DNA from: a virus
Lineage: Duplodnaviria; Heunggongvirae; Uroviricota; Caudoviricetes
IMG/VR virus record: IMGVR_UViG_2718217787_000003
Direction: 5' to 3' (one strand)
Length of the DNA: 12,066 nt
Shown here: piece by piece, positions 1 to 6,937 of the stretch
Layout of the letters: every line of letters starts with the position of its first letter
How positions within the stretch are numbered: position 1 is the first letter of the stretch
The notes under the pieces: model-generated
Database searches by the model: none
Told to the model about the DNA's origin: nothing
The model's input: only the letters and a program-made list of their open reading frames with translations
Program-made: the position numbers and the translations under genes

Positions 1-57
1 TGTGTTGTCCTGCATAGCAATGCGCCGTAATACCTTACACCACGGCGCTGATGGTGA

Positions 58-363
58 TTACTCTGGTTCTTTGGTCTTGCGGCGCTGGAGTTCTTCACGT
101 GCGACAGTGACGAGCTGCCCGATCTCCTCGGCGGCTTTGATTCCGAGTTTTTCCACCTGCGCCAGTGCATCGAGCGAAGAAACCAGGGGATTTTCTCCAC
201 TTCCTTCTGCCTGGCGCCGGGCGATCTCACCGCGTACAGCCGTAACTATAAAATTCGCTTTAGTTTCCCCTGGCTGTAGGGATGCCTCAATGCCACTCAC
301 TACTTCATGTGGAAATCTGGCATTCAGTTGCTGTGACTTATTGTTAACAGAACTCCTGGACAT
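58..363 (-). CDS. Arc/Mnt-like ribbon-helix-helix DNA-binding protein (putative repressor), 101 aa
   Basis: The ORF track gives 58..543 (-), but the first in-frame ATG with a strong SD (GGGAGGTG, 6 nt upstream on the - strand) is at 363. The N-terminus QLNARFPHEVVSGIEASL...ANFIVTAVRGEIARR resembles the Arc/Mnt RHH signature (N-x-R-x-P-x-E-V ...). It is transcribed divergently from the rightward operon. Family assignment is by motif recognition only. Confidence 0.6.
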   Translation of the reverse strand: MSRSSVNNKSQQLNARFPHEVVSGIEASLQPGETKANFIVTAVRGEIARRQAEGSGENPLVSSLDALAQVEKLGIKAAEEIGQLVTVAREELQRRKTKEPE

Positions 364-568
364 GTTTGCACCTCCCATTAATAACGGGATGCAGTGTAAT
401 ACAAAAGTGAATACCAAAAAAGACTTGAAATGGTATTCACCTAAATGTAATGTGAATACCACAAGTGCTGATACATGCAATTCAGCAATTGAAACGACGA
501 AGCCCCGCACTGTTGGAGCAGTAACGGGGCTTCTAACCACCAACGATAACGAGAGTATCGAGGTAGCT
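364..568. promoter_or_regulatory. Divergent promoter/operator region between the RHH gene and the rightward operon
   Basis: GTGAATACC at 407-415 and 452-460, with the inverted copy GGTATTCAC at 432-440, giving two overlapping palindromic arrangements. TGTAAT also precedes both direct copies (395-400, 445-450). Candidate rightward promoter: TTGAAA (425-430), 17-nt spacer, TAATGT (448-453). Candidate leftward promoter (- strand): -35 TTGTAT (complement of 399-404), 16-nt spacer, -10 ATTAAT (377-382). A 9-bp inverted repeat GAAGCCCCG (499-507) / CGGGGCTTC (525-533) with a 17-nt spacer is also present. Promoter calls are consensus matches by eye. Confidence 0.4.
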
Positions 569-772
569 ATGAGAAATCATACCACACACCCGCAAGGGCG
601 GGACTCGCACAACCTGAATAAATACATCTGGCGTTTTATCGCCCTGAGCACTGCACAACCGCGCGTGATTACCATTGAGGCCACCAGCGAACAGGAAGCA
701 CGCCAGCAATCTCCGGCTGGCTGCGTGATGGTATTTGCCGCCCGTATTCGTCAGGGGGTGTGCCATGCTTAA
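569..772 (+). CDS. Small protein, 67 aa; hypothetical (tentatively Icd-like host cell division inhibitor family, from memory only)
   Basis: ATG at 569 with SD GAGG (560-563). This is the 3' part of track ORF 2..772, whose upstream portion is antisense to the RHH gene and the intergenic region. Stop TAA at 770-772 overlaps the next start (ATGCTTAA). Sequence MRNHTTHPQG...VITIEATSEQEARQ...VMVFAARIRQG. Confidence 0.5.
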   Translation: MRNHTTHPQGRDSHNLNKYIWRFIALSTAQPRVITIEATSEQEARQQSPAGCVMVFAARIRQGVCHA

Positions 773-950
773 AACCTTCCGTGTATTTGCCAGCGCTGTT
801 AACCCACTAGGCCACACAATTGGTATCGCTCAGAATGTGAAGGCTGTTAATGTTCAGACGGCTATTGCTGCGGTGAGAAGCGAATCATCAGAATATGGCT
901 TATCACAAGTCATTATTTCAGCAGTGTATGAATTAAAAGAGGTGCATTAA
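765..950 (+). CDS. Hypothetical small protein, 61 aa
   Basis: ATG at 765 overlaps the upstream stop, suggesting translational coupling, and is preceded by AGGGGG. Track ORF 735..950 trimmed to the first ATG. No recognisable motif. Confidence 0.45.
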   Translation: MLKTFRVFASAVNPLGHTIGIAQNVKAVNVQTAIAAVRSESSEYGLSQVIISAVYELKEVH

Positions 951-1141
951 TGAAGGAAATTACATTACACGAAGCCGCTGAACGTGCGCACCAGACAGAA
1001 ATTATTTGCCGCCTTCTTGAGGTATACCCTGATAAATTAAATGATGGTGATATATCCGCATTAGCTGGCCTTCTGGCAAAACTTTCTGGAAGTGTTGCGC
1101 TGTGGTTAATTGATGAGAGATTTAAACGCTATGAACAATAA
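950..1141 (+). CDS. Hypothetical small protein, 63 aa
   Basis: ATG at 950 overlaps the upstream stop (TAATG); SD AAAGAGGTG upstream. Predicted helical and acidic. Confidence 0.45.
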   Translation: MKEITLHEAAERAHQTEIICRLLEVYPDKLNDGDISALAGLLAKLSGSVALWLIDERFKRYEQ

Positions 1142-1373
1142 CAAACTGGCGACCAGTGAATTAAGAAGCCTTGCCAACAGCGCAATATCTTTAAACAACG
1201 CAGCGAACGAAGTAATGAACATGTGGCTTCAGTCGCTGGCGAATAATGAACGCGATGAATCAACCGCAAGATTAATATTAGCCGTTTCTGAATTACTGGA
1301 TAGTTCAACCAGCAAAATAGAGAGCATATCAGAGAAGATTAACGGCTTATCAGGTCACGCTATCGGAGAATAA
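1131..1373 (+). CDS. Hypothetical small protein, about 80 aa, N/S/L-rich
   Basis: Track ORF 1110..1373. Candidate starts are TTG 1110, ATG 1113 and ATG 1131; 1131 chosen because GAGAGA lies about 10 nt upstream. The start is uncertain. Overlaps the upstream ORF end. Confidence 0.4.
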   Translation: MNNNKLATSELRSLANSAISLNNAANEVMNMWLQSLANNERDESTARLILAVSELLDSSTSKIESISEKINGLSGHAIGE

Positions 1374-1378
1374 AAATA

Positions 1379-1678
1379 ATGAAACTTAAATATTCTGGCT
1401 TAACTGCCAGCGGCAAAACTCGCACTAAATTCATGTGCGGGGATATTTACCGCGATAAGTACGGCGGCACGGTAATGATTAAGGGCGTGGAGGAACGGCG
1501 CGTAACCTACCATCGTGAAGGCTACGAATATGATTGCGTGATGCCTGTTTATCAGTTCCGGCGTGATTTTTCTCTGGTACAGGCAGCGCCCCGCAGTAAA
1601 CCAACCAGCAGGGAGAAAGCACGCGCCAATATTCAGGAAATAAAAAAGATGCTTAACGTATTCAGGGGTAAAAAATGA
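1379..1678 (+). CDS. Hypothetical basic protein, 99 aa, immediately upstream of and coupled to the replication gene
   Basis: ATG at 1379 with GGAG about 10 nt upstream. Its TGA stop overlaps the primase ATG (ATGA at 1675-1678). Lys/Arg-rich C-terminus. Confidence 0.5.
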   Translation: MKLKYSGLTASGKTRTKFMCGDIYRDKYGGTVMIKGVEERRVTYHREGYEYDCVMPVYQFRRDFSLVQAAPRSKPTSREKARANIQEIKKMLNVFRGKK

Positions 1679-3807
1679 AACTGGCACCGAACGTAAAAAA
1701 ACAGCCACGCGGAATAAAACACAAAGACACAGAGGTGATTATTTTCGCGGGTAGTGATGCGTGGGCACATGCAAAACAGTGGCAGGAGCAGGACGGCCCC
1801 GCATCCGGCGATAATGTGCCTCCTGTGTGGCTTGGGGAGCAGCAGTTATCAGAACTGGATAAGCTGCAAATTGTGCCGGAAGGCAGAAAATCCGTGCGCA
1901 TATTCAGGGCCGGACATCTTGCACCAGTAATGATCAAGGCGATTGGTCAAAAGCTGGCGGCGGCTGGTGTACAGGATGCAAATTTTTATCCTGAGGGTAT
2001 GCACGGTCAGAAGGTGGAGAACTGGCGCGAATATCTGGCCCGTGAGCGGCAGAATCTTTCTGATGGTCTGGTTATTGAGTTTCCGGTAAAGAAAAAAGAT
2101 ACCGGAAGCCATAGCGATGACGAATTAAAGCCACGCGTTGAAAGTCGCGCCGATGGTGTTTTCTGGGTAACGCCCAAAGTGGATAAGCAGTCAGGCGAAA
2201 TTATCCGGCCTGAGACGTGGTTATGTTCTCCGCTTGAACTACTGGGAACGGGGACGATCGGTAAAGAGCATTACCGCGTGATGCGCTGGAAAAAAACCGC
2301 AAACCATGAAGTCATCACAATGGCGATCCCGTGTGGTGGTATCGGCGACCGTGACGGCTGGCGGTTACTTAAAGATCACGGGCTGAACGTGACAACCAAC
2401 GGCAAATACAGGGCAATCCTGGCGGACTGGATGCAGTTAAGCGGAAGCCATGAGGAATGGCAGTTAAGCACAACAACGGGCTGGCATTTTGGCGCGTACA
2501 TCATGCCGGACGGTTCGATCATTGGTGAATCTGAAAAACCGATCCTGTTTACCGGAAAAAGCGCCGCGATTAACGGTTATTCCGTGGCGGGCACGGCGGA
2601 TGGCTGGCGCGACAGCGTGGCGCGGCTGGCTGGCGGTAATGCCTCAATGATACTGGGTGTGGCAACGTCACTGGCAGCGCCTTTAATTGGCCTTGTGGGT
2701 GCTGACGGCTTCGGGGTGCATCTTTTCGAACAGTCATCGGCAGGTAAGACCACCACGCAGAACATCGCATCAAGTTTATGGGGAGAGCCGGACGCGCAGC
2801 GGCTGACCTGGTACGGCACGGCGTTAGGTATTGCCAATGAGGCCGAGGCCCATAATGACGGGCTTTTACCACTGGATGAGATAGGCCAGGCCGGAAATGC
2901 GCGGGAAGTGTCAACGTCTGCTTATACGCTGTTTAACGGTTCAGGGAAATTGCAGGGGGCGAAGGATGGCGGCAACAGGGAGATCAAACACTGGCGAACG
3001 GTGGCAATCAGCACCGGAGAAATGGACGTTGAGACATTCCTCAAAAGTGAGGGGATAAAAGTTAAGGCGGGGCAGCTTGTCCGACTGCTTAACGTTCCGA
3101 TGGAAAAAGCCACGAAATTTCACGAATACAGCAACGGTAAGGAACATGCTGACGCGTTAAAGGATGCCTGGACAGCAAATCACGGGGCGGCGGGTCGTGA
3201 GTGGGTTAAATGGCTGGCAGGCCACCAGCAGGAGGCAAAGGACACGGTAAGGGAATGCCGCGAACGGTGGCGCAACCTGATACCGGAGAGTTACGGCGAG
3301 CAGGTCCACCGCGTGGGTGAACGTTTCGCCATACTGGAGGCCGCGCTTGTGCTTTCCGGTCATGTAACTGGCTGGGTCGTGCAGGAATGCCGCGACGCGA
3401 TACAGCATAACTTTAATGCCTGGGTGAAGGAGTTCGGCACGGGTAACAGGGAATTTAAACAGATGGTTGAACAGGCTGAGGCGTTTTTGTCGTCGTTTGG
3501 GTTTAGCCGCTACCTTCCGTACCCCAATACAGATGAGCGTGATTTACCGATTAAAGAGCTTGCCGGATACAGAAAAGGGAGCATTCGCAACGAAGATGAC
3601 GAGATGCGCTATTACACGTTCCCGCACGTGTTTGAGAGTGAGATAGCGAAGGGATTTAATCCGGCGCATTTTGCGCGTGCCCTGGATGCTGCCGGAATGC
3701 TGGAGAAGGGAAGCGATCGCCGATACAAAAAAAAGGCGCTGGGCAAGATTGGGGGTAAGCAGCATGTTTTTTACGTGCTGATGTTCCAGCCTGATGATGA
3801 AGATTAA
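1675..3807 (+). CDS. Replication initiator: primase-associated (DUF927-like) region plus P-loop NTPase (Pri-Rep type of satellites/PICIs), 710 aa
   Basis: A 2.1-kb ORF with SD AGGGG 7 nt upstream of ATG 1675. Walker A motif GVHLFEQSSAGKTT at aa 347-360 (nt about 2713-2754). Its position immediately upstream of an iteron array matches the primase-then-ori layout of P4-like satellites and PICIs. Domain names are from motif recognition, not a search. Confidence 0.85.
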   Translation: MKLAPNVKKQPRGIKHKDTEVIIFAGSDAWAHAKQWQEQDGPASGDNVPPVWLGEQQLSELDKLQIVPEGRKSVRIFRAGHLAPVMIKAIGQKLAAAGVQDANFYPEGMHGQKVENWREYLARERQNLSDGLVIEFPVKKKDTGSHSDDELKPRVESRADGVFWVTPKVDKQSGEIIRPETWLCSPLELLGTGTIGKEHYRVMRWKKTANHEVITMAIPCGGIGDRDGWRLLKDHGLNVTTNGKYRAILADWMQLSGSHEEWQLSTTTGWHFGAYIMPDGSIIGESEKPILFTGKSAAINGYSVAGTADGWRDSVARLAGGNASMILGVATSLAAPLIGLVGADGFGVHLFEQSSAGKTTTQNIASSLWGEPDAQRLTWYGTALGIANEAEAHNDGLLPLDEIGQAGNAREVSTSAYTLFNGSGKLQGAKDGGNREIKHWRTVAISTGEMDVETFLKSEGIKVKAGQLVRLLNVPMEKATKFHEYSNGKEHADALKDAWTANHGAAGREWVKWLAGHQQEAKDTVRECRERWRNLIPESYGEQVHRVGERFAILEAALVLSGHVTGWVVQECRDAIQHNFNAWVKEFGTGNREFKQMVEQAEAFLSSFGFSRYLPYPNTDERDLPIKELAGYRKGSIRNEDDEMRYYTFPHVFESEIAKGFNPAHFARALDAAGMLEKGSDRRYKKKALGKIGGKQHVFYVLMFQPDDED

Positions 3808-3829
3808 TCCCCTGTGTGAGGAAAAAAAT

Positions 3830-4145
3830 TGCGGGTTATGCGGGTTATCCTGTGTATAAGTGTATTAAGTGTATGAATATAAAGGAAATCAATAACCCGC
3901 ACGTAACCCGCAAAAGGGCATTTATAACCCGCAAAAGCACGATTATAACCCGCAGGCGAATAACTGAAGTAACACCGGACAGTCATGCGTAACCCGCAGA
4001 AAAAACCCCGTTTGCGGGTTATTTTGAGCGTTTTGCGGGTTACGTGGTGAGCAAATAATAAACAGGGTGTTTTGCAACATGCTGATATAAAAGGGTAAAA
4101 AATGGTTAGCACGCTAAGATAACCCAATAACCCGCATAACCCGCA
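3830..4145. repeat. Iteron-type origin of replication
   Basis: Seven direct copies of TAACCCGCA (3893-3901, 3904-3912, 3925-3933, 3946-3954, 3990-3998, 4128-4136, 4137-4145) and four inverted copies TGCGGGTTA (3830-3838, 3839-3847, 4013-4021, 4034-4042), with a degenerate copy at 4120-4127. Three GTGTAT-containing repeats with roughly 9-10 bp spacing at 3852-3880. A (TA)n AT-rich tract lies just downstream at 4153-4170. No credible ORF on the + strand here. Confidence 0.8.
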
Positions 4146-4179
4146 CATGTTTCTATATATATATAAATTGAGGTGGCAA

Positions 4180-4431
4180 ATGACCAGAACACGCAGAGAC
4201 AGAACAGAGCCGAAATATAAAGCGTTAGATATAACAGAGCTGGCCTTAAAGGTGGCAATCAGAACGATAGACCGACACGTAGGGGAAGGATACGCGAAGG
4301 AACATCCCGACCTGATAAGCGCATTCATGACCACAGCAGCGGCAAACTTTGCCACGTTGACAGAACGGGAGATTGCCGAAGCGGAACAGGTAACAACCAT
4401 CAACGTTAAAACCGGAGAGTTGAAATCATGA
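4180..4431 (+). CDS. Hypothetical protein, 83 aa
   Basis: ATG at 4180 preceded by SD GAGGTGG (4170-4176); track ORF 4147..4431 trimmed. Stop overlaps the next start (ATGA at 4428-4431). Confidence 0.55.
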   Translation: MTRTRRDRTEPKYKALDITELALKVAIRTIDRHVGEGYAKEHPDLISAFMTTAAANFATLTEREIAEAEQVTTINVKTGELKS

Positions 4432-4733
4432 GCGAACCAAAATTTGGTGAAAAACTTTACAAGCACAACGGACGGATCACGATTCAGCAAATAAGCGCAG
4501 CTACACCAGGCTGGTGGGTTGAAACAGACGAAGGATCCTCACCCGTGGCATCATGGGCGCTTTGTGTGCTTAGTTACCCTGACCGCGATGTGTATCAGGA
4601 TATTCTGCCTGTGATATCCACTGACAAAGGCATGAAACCCGTAGACATCAAAAACATGGGTTTTCAGTGCGTAATGCTCACTGAAAAAATGATGGAAGAG
4701 ATGAAAAAGAATAACGCCGGATCGCTTCACTGA
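4428..4733 (+). CDS. Hypothetical protein, 101 aa
   Basis: ATG at 4428 overlaps the upstream stop. No recognisable motif (MSEPKFGEKLYKHNGRITIQQ...). Confidence 0.55.
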   Translation: MSEPKFGEKLYKHNGRITIQQISAATPGWWVETDEGSSPVASWALCVLSYPDRDVYQDILPVISTDKGMKPVDIKNMGFQCVMLTEKMMEEMKKNNAGSLH

Positions 4734-4742
4734 GGTGGCAAT

Positions 4743-5153
4743 ATGACAGCACAAATTGCAGCTTACGGGCGGCTGGTGGACGACCCGCAGGTAAAACAGA
4801 CCAGCAAGGGTACACCGATGACGCTGGCGCGTATGGCGGTATCGCTGCCATGCAGCCAGGCACAGGATGGACAGGCGACGTTATGGCTATCGGTCATCGC
4901 ATTTGGTAAGCAGGCCGACTTCCTGGCTAAACATCAAAAAGGCGACGTTGCCAGCGTATCCGGCACGATGCAGGTCAGCCAGTGGACCGGACAGAACGGG
5001 GAAACGCGGCAGGGTTATCAGGTTATTGCAGACAGCGTAATCAGTGCCCGTGCGGCACGTCCTGGTGGGAGCCGACGCAAGACCACAGGCACACAGGGTA
5101 ATCAGCCACCAGCGGGAGGCGATGACCCTTACGGTGATGATATTCCGTTCTGA
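4743..5153 (+). CDS. ssb: Single-stranded DNA-binding protein, compact, 136 aa
   Basis: SD GAGGTGG (4732-4738) before ATG 4743. OB-fold-like core (...WLSVIAFGKQADFLAKHQKGDVASVSGTMQVSQWTGQNGETRQGYQVIADSV...) followed by a Gly/Pro-rich linker and the canonical SSB acidic C-terminal tip DDIPF (E. coli SSB ends DDDIPF). Confidence 0.85.
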   Translation: MTAQIAAYGRLVDDPQVKQTSKGTPMTLARMAVSLPCSQAQDGQATLWLSVIAFGKQADFLAKHQKGDVASVSGTMQVSQWTGQNGETRQGYQVIADSVISARAARPGGSRRKTTGTQGNQPPAGGDDPYGDDIPF

Positions 5154-5165
5154 GGGGTGGGGACG

Positions 5166-5438
5166 ATGGTACATGACCGCATAGCGGAAGAACTGGAGGC
5201 GAAAGGCTTTTACCGGAGAGCGTCGGCGCGATGGGGTGAAGTCATGCAACTGGTGGAGACAGACAAGGAACGGCATCAGGTTACGATGCGACGGCTGGAA
5301 TGTTCCAGGAAGGCACAGAGGCCACCGGAGCCGCCGGATAATTACGGAGACCTGAAAAAGGCGGTCGATCGCACTTATGCCGAAATGGGTATGGATGGTG
5401 CTGGTGATGAAATATGGCGAAATTACCAGGACAGATAA
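5166..5438 (+). CDS. Possible PerC-family transcriptional regulator, 90 aa
   Basis: ATG at 5166 with SD GAGGGGTGGGGA upstream; the track ORF starts at GTG 5157. N-terminus MVHDRIAEELEAKGFYRRASARWGEVM resembles the PerC/Pch family signature as I remember it; family call is tentative. Followed by a terminator. Confidence 0.55.
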   Translation: MVHDRIAEELEAKGFYRRASARWGEVMQLVETDKERHQVTMRRLECSRKAQRPPEPPDNYGDLKKAVDRTYAEMGMDGAGDEIWRNYQDR

Positions 5439-5444
5439 TCACAC

Positions 5445-5468
5445 AGCCGGAGCAATCCGGCTTTTTGT
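5445..5468 (+). terminator. Rho-independent terminator after the PerC-like gene
   Basis: Stem AGCCGGA (5445-5451), loop GCAA, stem TCCGGCT (5456-5462), then TTTTGT (5463-5468). Confidence 0.6.
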
Positions 5469-5485
5469 CATGTTTTGTAAATTAT

Positions 5486-5635
5486 TTGTTCGTGGTTGTT
5501 CCACGTTGTTCGCTGACCGGATCGGCATATTTTACCCGAACTGAATCATGATTATTCTCGCCCGTGGTGCCAGGACGCTGGGGCCACTTTCCCGCCTGTT
5601 AATGTGCTCGCCAATATTCATTACCAGGCGGGAAA
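5486..5635. promoter_or_regulatory. Leader of the head operon with tandem decamers and an 11-bp inverted repeat
   Basis: Three tandem 10-bp units TTGTTCGTGG / TTGTTCCACG / TTGTTCGCTG (5486-5515), containing the palindrome CGTGG-TTGTT-CCACG (5491-5505). An 11-bp perfect inverted repeat TTTCCCGCCTG (5588-5598) / CAGGCGGGAAA (5625-5635) with a 26-nt spacer. No clear sigma-70 consensus identified. Confidence 0.3.
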
Positions 5636-5725
5636 ACGATCGGTGCGATTGCTGATTTCCTTATGAAAAACGGTTGAGTGTTTGCCGCGTCCTGGAGTTC
5701 CTTACTTAACTTCAGGACTTTTTTT

Positions 5726-6883
5726 ATGCCGAGAATAATCGAATTACGCCAGCAGAAAACCGCCATTAAAAATCAGATGCGCGACATGCTGGAGAACGCG
5801 GAAAAAGAAAACCGCAGCCTTAACGATGCTGAGGGCGCAAAATTTGACGAATTACGCGCTAAAGCTGAATCCCTCGATAAAGACATCTCCCGCCTTGAGG
5901 CCGTTGCTGACGAAGAGCGCAGTAAACCAGGCAAAAACAGCCAGACCACTGACCCCGCCGAACTACGTCACTACATTCTGACAGGTGAAACCCGCGCATT
6001 GAGTACAGGCGTTCCCGCTGATGGTGGTTATACCGTTATCCCCGAACTGAACACCGAAATCATGCGAATGCTGACGGATGAATCCACCATGCGCCGCATC
6101 TGTACCGTGAAGAAAATCAGCAGCAACGAGTTTAAGCAGCTTGTTTCCGCTGGCGGTGCGACCGTTAACCACGGTGAAGAGGGTAAGGCACGCGAACAGA
6201 CCAGCACCCCGCAGATTAACGAGGTGAGCATTAAGCTGTATCCGGTCTATGCGTACCCGCGCACCACGCAGGAAATCGTGGATTTTTCCGATGTGGACAT
6301 CCTTTCATGGCTGACGGGCGAGATTGGCGACACCTTCACGGAAACCGAAGAAAGCGATCTGGTTGTGGGCGACGGTGACAAAAAAGCAAAAGGTTTTTTA
6401 TCCGTACCCCGTGCAGAGAAGAACGACAAAGAGCGTGATTTTGGTACGTTGCAGGTAATTAAACCTTCCGAATCTCTGGCGTGGACATCTGCGGACCCGC
6501 TGATCGACCTGAAATTTGCATTACGTAAAAAATACCGCAAAAACGCGGTTTGGGTGGTTAACTCCACGACGGCGGCAAAACTCCAGAAGGTGAAGAACGC
6601 GAACGGTGATTACATCTGGCGCGACCGTTTACAGGCGGGTGATCCTGATACGTTGCTGGGCCTTCCGGTCGAATATCTGGAGTTTATGCCTGATAACGTT
6701 ATTGCCCTGGGTGACTTCAAACGCGGTTACTACATTGTTGATCACGAAACAGGTGTTCGCACCAGACCGGACAACCTCACAGAGCCGGGCTTTATCAAAA
6801 TTTTCACGCAGAAATATTTAGGCGGTGGCGTGGTGGATTCGAACGCTATAAAGATTCTGGAACTGCCGCAGGACGACGATTAA
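5726..6883 (+). CDS. Major capsid protein, HK97 fold, with N-terminal coiled-coil delta (scaffold-like) domain, 385 aa
   Basis: ATG at 5726 with AGGA 8 nt upstream; the track ORF begins at GTG 5678. The N-terminal 90 aa are coiled-coil-like (IELRQQKTAIKNQMRDMLENAEKENRSLNDAEGAKFDELRAKAESLDKDISRLEAV), followed by a body typical of HK97-family capsid proteins. A prohead protease gene follows directly. Confidence 0.9.
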   Translation: MPRIIELRQQKTAIKNQMRDMLENAEKENRSLNDAEGAKFDELRAKAESLDKDISRLEAVADEERSKPGKNSQTTDPAELRHYILTGETRALSTGVPADGGYTVIPELNTEIMRMLTDESTMRRICTVKKISSNEFKQLVSAGGATVNHGEEGKAREQTSTPQINEVSIKLYPVYAYPRTTQEIVDFSDVDILSWLTGEIGDTFTETEESDLVVGDGDKKAKGFLSVPRAEKNDKERDFGTLQVIKPSESLAWTSADPLIDLKFALRKKYRKNAVWVVNSTTAAKLQKVKNANGDYIWRDRLQAGDPDTLLGLPVEYLEFMPDNVIALGDFKRGYYIVDHETGVRTRPDNLTEPGFIKIFTQKYLGGGVVDSNAIKILELPQDDD

Positions 6884-6892
6884 CAGCACACC

Positions 6893-6922
6893 GAAGGGGC
6901 TAAAAAGCCCCTTCTCTGTTTT
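6893..6922 (+). terminator. Terminator or attenuator hairpin just after the capsid gene
   Basis: Stem GAAGGGGC (6893-6900), loop TAAAAA, stem GCCCCTTC (6907-6914), then TCTGTTTT (6915-6922). Confidence 0.55.
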
Positions 6923-6937
6923 ACAGGTGAAAAAATT

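Noticed and set aside
2-772. 256-aa + strand ORF at the window start
   Set aside because: Most of it is antisense to the RHH gene (58-363) and crosses the repeat-rich intergenic region. Only the terminal part from ATG 569, which has its own SD, is plausibly coding.
1849-3765. Several reverse-strand ORFs inside the replication gene (for example 2570..2914, 2577..2837, 3157..3408, 3544..3765)
   Set aside because: They are antisense to a long, well-supported coding region and lack ribosome-binding sites.
3844-3852. DnaA-box-like sequence TTATCCTGT in the origin
   Set aside because: It matches the consensus TTATCCACA at only 7 of 9 positions and occurs once, so it is too weak to call.
3830-4145. 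Possible CRISPR array
   Set aside because: The repeats are only 9 bp, irregularly spaced and present in both orientations, with no repeat-spacer periodicity; this is an iteron array.
3804-4490. 228-aa reverse-strand ORF across the origin region
   Set aside because: It is an open frame created by the iteron repeats and AT-rich DNA, has no RBS, and overlaps two well-supported + strand genes.
6028-6567. Reverse-strand ORFs inside the capsid gene (6028..6231, 6247..6567)
   Set aside because: Antisense to the major capsid gene, with no start context.
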